Shown here: piece after piece, positions 9,183 through 16,656 of the stretch | How the letters are laid out: the number at the start of each line of letters is the position of its first letter | How positions within the stretch are numbered: position 1 is the first letter of the stretch | Assembly (NCBI GenBank): GCA_042218075.1 | Contig: JBDGRK010000027.1 | Coordinates: 1-51,601, forward strand | Length of the DNA: 51,601 nucleotides | Reading direction: 5' to 3' | Source of the DNA: Candidatus Nanohaloarchaea archaeon | GTDB lineage: Archaea > Nanohalarchaeota > Nanosalinia > Nanosalinales > Nanosalinaceae | Program-made: the position numbers and the translations under genes | The notes under the pieces: model-generated | Told to the model about the DNA's origin: nothing | What the model saw: the letters and a program-made list of their open reading frames with translations, nothing else | The model's database searches: none

Positions 9183-10139
9183 ATGCAGTGGCACATCAGG
9201 GAAGAGGCGGAGACAGACCCGGAATTCGGATCTGTGCCTGAGAAGAGGTCTGTGGAAGAGCTTATGGATAAGGGCATACTGATAGTCGACAAGCCTTTCG
9301 GCCCGCAGTCTAAACAGGTATCCGGCTGGATCAAGCAGGAGCTTGACCTGAAGAAGGCTGGACATTTTGGAACCCTGGATCCAAATGCGACAGGTGTTCT
9401 CCCAGTAGGATTGAACTCTGCTACAAGGGTTAGCAAGGCGCTAGCAGAGGCTGAGAAGGAATACGTATTCGAGGCAGAGCTTGGAGAAATGGTTGAAGTG
9501 CAAGAGCTGAGGAGAAAACTGAGTGAGTTTAAGGGAGTGAATACTCAGATGCCACCGGAGAAGAGTGCGGTGAAGAGGGAGGAAAGGGAGCGCGAGGTCT
9601 ACGAGATTGAGCTCCTCGAATCTGAGGGAGAAAGAGTGCTGGGAAGGCTGAGTTGCGAGTCCGGTTTCTATGTTAGAGTTCTTGTCTCCGAGCTGGGAGA
9701 GAAGATTGGAACGGAGGCGGAGATGCCTGAGCTGAGGAGGACGAGACAGGGAGGTATAGATGAGGGAGAAGCCAGCAACCTGCAGGAAGTGGTCGACGCG
9801 TATCACTTCTGGGGGGAGGATGGTGAAGAGGATAGTATAAGGGAGGTCTTGCATCCGTTCGAGAAGGCGATCAATCACCTGAAGAAGGTGGCGATTAAAG
9901 ATTCAGCGGTGAATGCGGTGGCTAACGGGGCGGATCTGGGAGCTGCGGGTATTTCAAAGCTCCAGGACGGAATTTCGGAGGGAGAAAGAATAGCGATAAC
10001 GACGCTGAAGGGAGAGCTCGTGGCTCTTGCACAGGCCGAGATGAGCTCTGAGGAGATGTTCGACCAGGATGGGAAAGCCGCAACCCTTGAATCCGTCCAC
10101 ATGGATCCCGAGACCTATCCGAGAAGGTGGAAGCAGTGA
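9183..10139 (+). CDS. cbf5: H/ACA RNA-guided / tRNA pseudouridine synthase Cbf5 with PUA domain
   Basis: VDKPFGPQS, AGHFGTLDPNATGVL (catalytic Asp), QMPPEKSAVKR, CESGFYVR, LRRTR, C-terminal PUA and YPRRWK. Confidence 0.96.
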   Translation: MQWHIREEAETDPEFGSVPEKRSVEELMDKGILIVDKPFGPQSKQVSGWIKQELDLKKAGHFGTLDPNATGVLPVGLNSATRVSKALAEAEKEYVFEAELGEMVEVQELRRKLSEFKGVNTQMPPEKSAVKREEREREVYEIELLESEGERVLGRLSCESGFYVRVLVSELGEKIGTEAEMPELRRTRQGGIDEGEASNLQEVVDAYHFWGEDGEEDSIREVLHPFEKAINHLKKVAIKDSAVNAVANGADLGAAGISKLQDGISEGERIAITTLKGELVALAQAEMSSEEMFDQDGKAATLESVHMDPETYPRRWKQ

Positions 10140-10174
10140 GAATGGATTTAAGAATTGGTTTCTGACTCCAGGAT

Positions 10175-11098
10175 ATGTCTGATACTCTTGTGACAGGTTA
10201 CCATACGCCGGACCTGGATGGAACCGCCTGCGCCATAGCCTACTCCGAATTTTTGAATAGAGAAGGAGGAGACACGGTTCCGGCACTTTTTGGAACTCCG
10301 AACAGGGAGGCGAGTTGGGTACTGGATAGGACCGAGAAGGATTATAGGGAAGGAGTCGAGGCACTGGAGCAGACTGAAAACGTAATTCTGGTGGATGCGA
10401 GCGATTTCAGGGGTCTTGATGATAAAATCAATCCGGAGGATGTAGTTGAATTTATCGATCACAGGGAGGAGCATCACGCCGAAGAGTTCCCGGAGGCTGA
10501 ATCACAGGTTGAGATGGTTGGCGCCGCAGCGTCTCTTATCGCGGAAAAATTCTTTGAGCAGAATGTAGAGATCTCTGAGGATTCTGCGCTGCTTCTCTAC
10601 GGAGCTATAATCTCCAATACTATGAACTTTGAAGCTGGAGTGACGACGAAGAGGGACAGGGAGATGGCAGGATGGCTGAAGCAGAAGATCGATGTGAAGG
10701 AAGACTTTGAGAGAAAGATGTTCGAACACAAGTCGGAGCTTGAAGGCTCTCTGAAACAGGTCTTCCTGGCGGACCAGGCCTCCGAGACTTACGATGGAAA
10801 AGATGTAGGGGTTATACAGCTGGAGATAGTGGATATAGATAGCTTTGTAGAGAATAACAAGCAGGAAGCCCTGGAGGTTCTGGAGGAGATCAGGGAAGAA
10901 AAAGGATGGGACTATATCTTCCTGACCTGTGCCGATCTTGAGGAAGGTTTCAATATCTTTATCTCTCCGGGTAAAGAAACTAGGGAGATTCTATCAAGTG
11001 CTCTGGACGTGGAGTTTTCGGAGAAAGAAGCCAGTAGGAGCGATGTTCTTCTCCGCAAGGAAATTATACCGAAGATAAAGCAAGAGATCCAGCCATGA
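10175..11098 (+). CDS. ppaC: Family II (Mn-dependent, DHH/DHHA2) inorganic pyrophosphatase-like protein
   Basis: GYHTPDLDG, ILVD, FIDHR, VGAAAS, AIISNT, VIQLEI, LRKEIIPKI; several motifs are degenerate. Confidence 0.8.
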   Translation: MSDTLVTGYHTPDLDGTACAIAYSEFLNREGGDTVPALFGTPNREASWVLDRTEKDYREGVEALEQTENVILVDASDFRGLDDKINPEDVVEFIDHREEHHAEEFPEAESQVEMVGAAASLIAEKFFEQNVEISEDSALLLYGAIISNTMNFEAGVTTKRDREMAGWLKQKIDVKEDFERKMFEHKSELEGSLKQVFLADQASETYDGKDVGVIQLEIVDIDSFVENNKQEALEVLEEIREEKGWDYIFLTCADLEEGFNIFISPGKETREILSSALDVEFSEKEASRSDVLLRKEIIPKIKQEIQP

Positions 11099-11421
11099 AG
11101 AATCTGAAGTTTCAAGATCCGTTACCGGAAATGGTGCTTTCAGGTGAGAAGAATACTACATGGAGGATAGATGACGAAAGGGAGATAACGGTTAACGACA
11201 TACTCTCCCTGAGAACGGTTGAAGGGGAAGAATTTGCGAGAGCTAAGGTTCTGTGGACAAAGATGACTACCTTCGATAGTTTGAGTGAAGAGGACAGGAG
11301 AGGACACGAATCCTTCGAATCGGAGGAAGAGATGCTGCAGACTTACTCGGATTATTATGATATGGATGTCGATGGCGACACAGAAGTTAAAGTAATCAGG
11401 TTTGAAGTTTTTGACAGATGA
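11095..11421 (+). CDS. ASCH domain protein
   Basis: LKF...MVLSGEKNTTWR (GxKxxxxR ASCH motif), C-terminal VKVIRFE; ATGA overlaps on both sides. Confidence 0.88.
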   Translation: MKNLKFQDPLPEMVLSGEKNTTWRIDDEREITVNDILSLRTVEGEEFARAKVLWTKMTTFDSLSEEDRRGHESFESEEEMLQTYSDYYDMDVDGDTEVKVIRFEVFDR

Positions 11422-11990
11422 GCTCGATCGATTTTCTGCTGGATGTGCTGGAACTCAAGAGCGAGGAGAGAGCCTGGATTGATATTTTCGAAGTAGAGAA
11501 GGGAGAATCTGTGGCAGGACACAGCTGGTCGACTGCTTTTCTAACACTATTTTACGGAAGAGAGTTAGATATAGATCTGGAGAAGGCCCTGAAGATAGCT
11601 ATAGTTCACGATATAGCGGAGGCGGAAATAGGTGATATAGCCAACAGGGTGGACGAGGAGAACAGGGATATTTCCCTGGAGAAGAAGCATAGGATGGAAG
11701 AAGAGGTATGGGAAGATTGGAGAAACCATCTAGGTGACGATATATTTGATATGTGGCAGGATTTCGAGGAAAGAGACTCGAAAGAGGCGAAGTTTGTGAA
11801 AGATATGGATCTGATTGATCTGTGTCTTCAGGCGCTAAAGGTTGAGAAACAGGGTATATATCCAGATAAGCTTGATTCAGAATTTGAAAACCTCGATGAA
11901 GTTTTCAAGAATTCGAGGATGAGGCTAAAGACAGATTTCGGCGAAAAAATTATGGATAAGGTTGAGAGGAGGTATGAGAGATCGAAATGA
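11418..11990 (+). CDS. HD-domain phosphohydrolase, YfbR/HDDC2-like (HD-1)
   Basis: LKSEERAW, ESVAGHS, AIVHDIAEAEIGD, EAKFVKDMDLID. Confidence 0.9.
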   Translation: MSSIDFLLDVLELKSEERAWIDIFEVEKGESVAGHSWSTAFLTLFYGRELDIDLEKALKIAIVHDIAEAEIGDIANRVDEENRDISLEKKHRMEEEVWEDWRNHLGDDIFDMWQDFEERDSKEAKFVKDMDLIDLCLQALKVEKQGIYPDKLDSEFENLDEVFKNSRMRLKTDFGEKIMDKVERRYERSK

Positions 11991-12535
11991 AAGAATTACT
12001 CGAATTATTCCGCGACATCCACGAGATCAAGCACATTGAGAGACGGGGATGGAAGGATATAGGTGTTGAGAGGCCGAGAGATACTGTTGCATCTCATTCC
12101 TATGGAGCCGCGATGATCGGCTGGATTATGGCGGAGAAACATGATCTTGATCCTGAAAAAATTATCAAGGCAATGCTGGTGCACGACCTGATACAGGCCT
12201 ACATCCCGGATTACACTCCGGAAGACGAGGAATTCGAGTCGAAGAAGGAGATTGAAAAACGTGAAATGGATCGGCTTCTGGAGGATATACCGGTTGAGAT
12301 AAGACAGGAAGCGGAGGACCTGCTTGAAGATGTACAGGATGAACCAAAGTTTTCCCGGGTGGTGAAAGAATGCGACAAGATCGAGACCATTCTACAGGCC
12401 TATCTCTACTCTGAAGAAAAAGGTGAGAACCATATGGAAGAATTCATGGACAGCTACGAAGAATATTTCAGGACGGAAATTGGCAGGGAAGTATTCGAGC
12501 AGCTTGAAGAAATGAATCGTAGTCTAGAAGATTAG
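11987..12535 (+). CDS. HD-domain protein, YfbR/HDDC2-like (HD-2, variant active site)
   Basis: IKHIERRGW, DTVASHS, MLVHDLIQAYIPD, VKECDKIE. Confidence 0.88.
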   Translation: MKELLELFRDIHEIKHIERRGWKDIGVERPRDTVASHSYGAAMIGWIMAEKHDLDPEKIIKAMLVHDLIQAYIPDYTPEDEEFESKKEIEKREMDRLLEDIPVEIRQEAEDLLEDVQDEPKFSRVVKECDKIETILQAYLYSEEKGENHMEEFMDSYEEYFRTEIGREVFEQLEEMNRSLED

Positions 12536-12651
12536 CTTATAAGACTCTTGGCCGCCAACTAATCTACAGAGACCTCCAAAAGCGCCTGCCTAGCAGGGGC
12601 TTCTTGCGATGTAAGAGCGTAACCTTACTGCCGGAGTGACTGAGTGGCTAA

Positions 12652-12724
12652 CGCGAGCGAAACCTGAGAAGGTTTCTGGACGAGCATACTGCTCGTCTAC
12701 TACTCGCAGAGGCTCGAAGGCTAA
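12652..12724 (+). other. tRNA intron 1 (non-canonical, D-loop, 73 nt)
   Basis: Removal restores D-loop GAGTGGCTAAA; flanked by duplicated GGCTAA, so the exact register is ambiguous; GGCT/GGCT 4-bp helix plus AAA bulge gives a relaxed bulge-helix-loop; two internal hairpins. Confidence 0.75.
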
Positions 12725-12740
12725 AGGTGCCGGTCTTGAG

Positions 12741-12818
12741 TCCACCGACTTCTCGAGCTTCAGCGAGAGATGGCGGTTGGAGAAGCTCTAGTTCCACTAG
12801 CTTCGACGGAAGCAAGTT
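12741..12818 (+). other. tRNA intron 2 (canonical 37/38, 78 nt)
   Basis: BHB: exon CTTG pairs with intron CAAG (12813-12816); bulges AG^T and TT^A. Confidence 0.88.
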
Positions 12819-12925
12819 AACCGGTGGGCCATCTGCGCCCTCCTGGGTTCAAATCCCAGCTCCGGCGATATCATCGCCTATGCTGGCATTTGATAAGAGA
12901 AGCTCCAACTTCTGCGAGCTTCGGA

Positions 12926-12945
12926 TTCAAATCCCAGCTCCGGCG
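12926..12945 (+). repeat. 20-bp direct repeat of the tRNA-Ser 3' end (att-like)
   Basis: TTCAAATCCCAGCTCCGGCG is identical to 12848-12867 and begins exactly at the T loop. Confidence 0.9.
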
Positions 12946-13290
12946 CAACTCCTATCAAAGAGTTGGCATGCGACAAGCCATGCAACAGGCATGGCTTTCA
13001 AGTTAAAGATCTGCCAAACTGCTCCAAAATCCCAGAGGAGTTTGTGCGAACACAGAAACCGCAAAACGGTTTCGACTGGATCGCCTGCTAGTTGCGGTAG
13101 AACTCCAGGCCCAGGCTATGCTTTTTGCCAAACAAAAAATTAGCAAAAAGATTTGCCAAAATAGTTTGAACAACTTTAAAGATGGAAATTCCAAGTTTCA
13201 GCAATTTTTTATATATTTAAATTGATTAATTGGTAGTAAAGTGTTATATAAAGCCTAAAAATATTATTAATAGATCAACCAAATTTTGTC

Positions 13291-13662
13291 ATGGGCTTCA
13301 ATCTTCTATGGAATGATAAAGATATTGAGAACGCTTCAGAAGATTTTTCGTATCATGTAGCGAGAGAGCTTAAGAACGCCTTGAAGGACAAGGAAAGGCA
13401 GATTAAGTGGAGTAAGAATATGACCCAACTGCGAAAACGGTTTCATGATATGTTCAATCTCGATTGTTTGACAGTCGCCGAAATCCGTTTTTCATCCATG
13501 AGTGCAGAGTATCGAGCCCTATGTATAGTAATCACTGATCAACAAGTTGTGGTATTTCACTCCCTAGTTCCAAAGAAAGGAAGTGCCCAAAAGAGACAAC
13601 TGAAGCTGATAGAAGAGAACTCTGAACGTATAGAAAAATCTATTCGGAAGAATATTCTTTGA
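13291..13662 (+). CDS. Possible RelE/HigB (Gp49-like) superfamily protein in a low-GC islet
   Basis: AEIRF...EYRALCIV...VVVFHSLVPKK resembles the ELR...YR...LLHxFxKK pattern of HigB/Gp49-like RelE proteins; AT-rich promoter region upstream. Confidence 0.5.
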   Translation: MGFNLLWNDKDIENASEDFSYHVARELKNALKDKERQIKWSKNMTQLRKRFHDMFNLDCLTVAEIRFSSMSAEYRALCIVITDQQVVVFHSLVPKKGSAQKRQLKLIEENSERIEKSIRKNIL

Positions 13663-13768
13663 GCTTATCCTCAAAGTTATCCATATCTCTCTCAAAACGT
13701 TCCTCAAGTCCCTCGACTGATAGATTATTTATTTTTTCAGCCGGATCGTTTTCAGTCGTTTCAGGCAT
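13640..13768 (-). CDS. 42-aa acidic small protein (not in the ORF track)
   Basis: MPETTENDPAEKINNLSVEGLEERFERDMDNFEDKLKEYSSE*; halophile-like composition; convergent 23-nt overlap with 13291..13662. Confidence 0.55.
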   Translation of the reverse strand: MPETTENDPAEKINNLSVEGLEERFERDMDNFEDKLKEYSSE

Positions 13769-13874
13769 AAATACATTACTGGATGGTCAGACTTAAAGAT
13801 TTTGTGATAAAGGAGAGAAATCAATATAACTGATTCAAATACTTTAGATTTGGTATCTGGTCCAGTTACTGCGC

Positions 13875-14573
13875 TTATATCATATCAAGCCATGAGAACA
13901 TCTGCCTGATCAGCTTTTGTTTACCTTTCTCGGAGAAAGAATGCTGTTCTCCTTCAAGAATCTGCAGCATCACGTCTGTCTCTAGTTCCTGAATCGCCTG
14001 TATCGAGTTCTCGGTGTGGACTGTGGTATCCTCTGAGCCGTGGAATACTGCGACAAGGCATTCTATTCCCGATGCAGTTTCCGGGAAACTATATTCATCG
14101 AGATCGTCGAAGAAACGCTGGTCTATCGGCTTTCCTTCAATGTATTCGAACTCTCCCTTCTCCTTCACAACTTCCCGGAACTTGTCCATTACCCGGTTGT
14201 AGGTTACAGGCGCCTTCGCGACCACTCCGTCAACTTCTCTTCGAGACGCAACTTCTAACACGACCCTGCCTCCAAAGCTTGTCCCGAACAGGAACACCTC
14301 ATCAGGGTCAAAATGTTCTATTGCAGCTTCCAGATCTTTTATCCTCGAGCTAAGATCCTGTTCTATGAAGTCTCCATCAGAGTCTCCGTTTCCCCTGAAA
14401 TCGATTCCTGCTGCATTCAATCCACTATCAGCTGCTGGTTGCATGTATTCCGACTGTCTTTGCTTTGTTCCGCCGAAACCGTGGCAGATGAACAGGTACT
14501 TTCCAGAGTTGGCTCCGTGATGGATGGCGCATACCTCTTCCCCGTTTTCGACCTCTATGAAATGTTTCTCCAT
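13875..14573 (-). CDS. Alpha/beta-fold hydrolase
   Basis: CHGFGG, DFRGNGDSDG, nucleophile elbow GTSFGG, HGSEDTTV, GEQHSF. Confidence 0.92.
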   Translation of the reverse strand: MEKHFIEVENGEEVCAIHHGANSGKYLFICHGFGGTKQRQSEYMQPAADSGLNAAGIDFRGNGDSDGDFIEQDLSSRIKDLEAAIEHFDPDEVFLFGTSFGGRVVLEVASRREVDGVVAKAPVTYNRVMDKFREVVKEKGEFEYIEGKPIDQRFFDDLDEYSFPETASGIECLVAVFHGSEDTTVHTENSIQAIQELETDVMLQILEGEQHSFSEKGKQKLIRQMFSWLDMI

Positions 14574-15499
14574 TAATCTTCACCGTATAGTTTTTCCAGT
14601 TTTTTGATTTTTCTCTCAATCAACAGGTGCCTGTTCTCGCCCTGCGCATTTCTCCTGGCGGCCCATACCGCGTCGTGGAAGGCAAGGAATTTCGGATGGA
14701 TTTCTCTTACTTCTTCGAATGCTTCCCCAAGATCCTTCTTCTTCCGGTATTCATCCAGGAAGATTTGTCTCTGCTCCTGATCAAGTTTCCCGTGCTCGAA
14801 AAGTATCATCAGGTCGTGGCCGTGGAAGCCGATCTCGCTGTACTCCCAGTCCACTACGAATACTTTTTCCCCATAAGTTCGGATATTGAAGCCGAGATCG
14901 GAGTGGATGAAGCTGGTTTCTACCTCTCTATCAGGGACTTCCTCAAGCAGCTCCTGCTGCTTCCTGTAGAATTTCTGGATTCTTTCATCTGGTTCTTCCA
15001 CGTTATCAAGGTATTCCCTGTAGGGTCTCTCGGACCATCTCTCGAAGTCTCTGCCGTAAAGCTGCTGAAGGCTCTCCTTTTTCGAGCCTTCAAAATACTC
15101 GTTGGAATCACCAAAATCTATCGAATGTATATCTCCCAGGAGCATGGCAAGGTTCCTGAGCTGTGTCAGATTGAGCGATCCAGCTCTTTCGACGTCACGC
15201 CGACCGACAAAACTCTGTACCAGAACTGAGCCTACTTCCCGCTCTTTCTCATAGAGCTTTAACCTTGGAACATTAGCTATCCCTTTTTCCTCAAGTAGCT
15301 GGAGAGCCTTTGACTCATTCCTGAGCCGATCCTTCCTGGAAGATTGCTTGGAAGCTCGAAGAACGTATTTTTCTTCTTCTGACTCCAGTATAAAATTGTG
15401 GTTGGACTCTCCCTCCTTTTTCCTTATTATCTCTGGAGAATCAAGCCCTAGCTCCTGTTCTCTTTCACTGAGCCAGTCAAGAATTTGTTGCTTTTTCAC
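14573..15499 (-). CDS. APH/choline-kinase-like phosphotransferase (APH-3)
   Basis: GESNHNF, YVLR, NVPRL, FIHSDLGFNI, VVDWEY, HDL. Confidence 0.85.
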   Translation of the reverse strand: MKKQQILDWLSEREQELGLDSPEIIRKKEGESNHNFILESEEEKYVLRASKQSSRKDRLRNESKALQLLEEKGIANVPRLKLYEKEREVGSVLVQSFVGRRDVERAGSLNLTQLRNLAMLLGDIHSIDFGDSNEYFEGSKKESLQQLYGRDFERWSERPYREYLDNVEEPDERIQKFYRKQQELLEEVPDREVETSFIHSDLGFNIRTYGEKVFVVDWEYSEIGFHGHDLMILFEHGKLDQEQRQIFLDEYRKKKDLGEAFEEVREIHPKFLAFHDAVWAARRNAQGENRHLLIERKIKKLEKLYGED

Positions 15500-15544
15500 C
15501 CTCTCACATTAGTTTCCACCGACAATATCTTTAATTCCTGCTCC

Positions 15545-16615
15545 CTATTCAAGGTACCCAAGCTCTTCTGCCGCCACCACAAACATTGCGTGGCTCCATG
15601 CAAGAGGTCTTATTCCCCTTCTCTGGTCATCGAAAAGCTGTTCTGGTATGTACCTTCCTTCCAGCTGGTTGATCTGGTCGTGGAAGAGCTCTTCCGCCTT
15701 TTCTTTCCTGCCAAGCATTGAGAGAACCTTCACGTACCAGAAGCTCAGAAGAGGCCATGCCCCCGCACCTTTCGACAGGTAGCCGGTATGGTGTAAAACT
15801 CCGTCGTACATGTCGCCCCTGTACCTCATCAGTCCTCTGTCGGTCATCAGCTCTTCCTCCATCTTCTCCAGTGTGCTGTCGATCCTGTGATCCTTTTCTA
15901 TCACGTCGAAGGGCCAGATTATACCCAGCACGCTGGAGTCGATTGAATCGTCGCAGACTTCGCCGCACGACCGCAAAAAGTACTGCTTTTCTTCACTGTA
16001 GTGATCGATCAGCTCGCTCTGCATCTCTCTAGCGGTCTTCTCCCACTTCTTTTCATCCATTCTTTCTGCCCCAAGGAAAAGAGCCTTTGAACAGGCAGCC
16101 AGCGTGTAGGTGAAGTTCTCTTTCTTGTCGTGGTAGGCGGTTCTCTCCTCCCAAAGGTCGTGGGTGTCCTGGACGAAGCTATGCTCTCTCCACTGGTCCC
16201 AGAGACCGTCCGCCAGGAGGTGAACAGTCTCACTCTGCTTCTCATTCAGTTCTGAGTTGGTATCAAGTATAGCCCAGAGAAGTGCAGCGGCCTGATCCGG
16301 CTGGTACTGGTGTCCGAAATCTGTATCCCTCGCACCGTTCGTGGCGTAACGGTGGAATACAAGTCCTGACTCCTTGAAACCTTCAGCTCGATCATGAAGC
16401 CATTCGATAAACTCTTCCTCCATCCGGTCCATTCCCAGCAGTTTCTCGGCGTAAATCGTGTATGCTGCGTCCCTGGGCCAGACAAACCTGTAGTTGGCGA
16501 CATCCTCGGGGTAGTACTCCTTGTCGGTGTTCGCGGCGACAATCGCACCGTTCTCCACCTGGCATTCCTGGATGACCTGTCTTGAAGATTCCACGAGTTC
16601 ATCTATCGAGGGCAT
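15545..16615 (-). CDS. Glycoside hydrolase family 15-like (glucoamylase-type)
   Basis: NGAIVAA, YRFVWPRDAA, QPDQ, DLWEE, RYRGDMY, IPEQ, PLAWSHAMF. Confidence 0.92.
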   Translation of the reverse strand: MPSIDELVESSRQVIQECQVENGAIVAANTDKEYYPEDVANYRFVWPRDAAYTIYAEKLLGMDRMEEEFIEWLHDRAEGFKESGLVFHRYATNGARDTDFGHQYQPDQAAALLWAILDTNSELNEKQSETVHLLADGLWDQWREHSFVQDTHDLWEERTAYHDKKENFTYTLAACSKALFLGAERMDEKKWEKTAREMQSELIDHYSEEKQYFLRSCGEVCDDSIDSSVLGIIWPFDVIEKDHRIDSTLEKMEEELMTDRGLMRYRGDMYDGVLHHTGYLSKGAGAWPLLSFWYVKVLSMLGRKEKAEELFHDQINQLEGRYIPEQLFDDQRRGIRPLAWSHAMFVVAAEELGYLE

Positions 16616-16656
16616 GCAAATTAATACGACTCAGCGTTAAAACAGGTTATGGTTCT

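Larger units (their letters stand above)
12630..12867 (+). tRNA. tRNA-Ser(UGA) with two introns (D-loop about 21/22, and canonical 37/38)
   Basis: Acceptor GCCGGAG/CTCCGGC plus G73; D-stem ACT/GGT; anticodon stem CCGGT/ACCGG with CT-TGA-G|A loop (anticodon 12737-12739); long variable arm GGGC-CATCTGC-GCCC; T arm CTGGG-TTCAAAT-CCCAG; CCA not encoded. Confidence 0.9.

Noticed and set aside
12648-12717. Alternative BHB for intron 1 (GAGT/GCTC helix)
   Set aside because: Splicing there leaves a 14-nt D loop with two GG pairs, while the 21/22 solution gives a normal loop. Not fully excluded.
12737-12739. TGA anticodon plus long variable arm as a selenocysteine or opal-suppressor tRNA
   Set aside because: Anticodon UGA reads UCA (Ser); a Sec or opal suppressor needs anticodon UCA. 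The 7-bp acceptor stem and G73 fit ordinary tRNA-Ser.
12652-12818. Box C/D guide RNA or ORF inside the tRNA introns
   Set aside because: Only an isolated CTGA and no RTGATGA box C; the introns are too short for a protein.
12848-13035. CRISPR mini-array
   Set aside because: The repeat is the tRNA 3' end, there are only two full copies, and no cas genes are present.
12727-13194. ORF-track entries 12727..13143, 12824..13006 and 13003..13194
   Set aside because: They overlap the tRNA and hairpins and have non-halophile composition.
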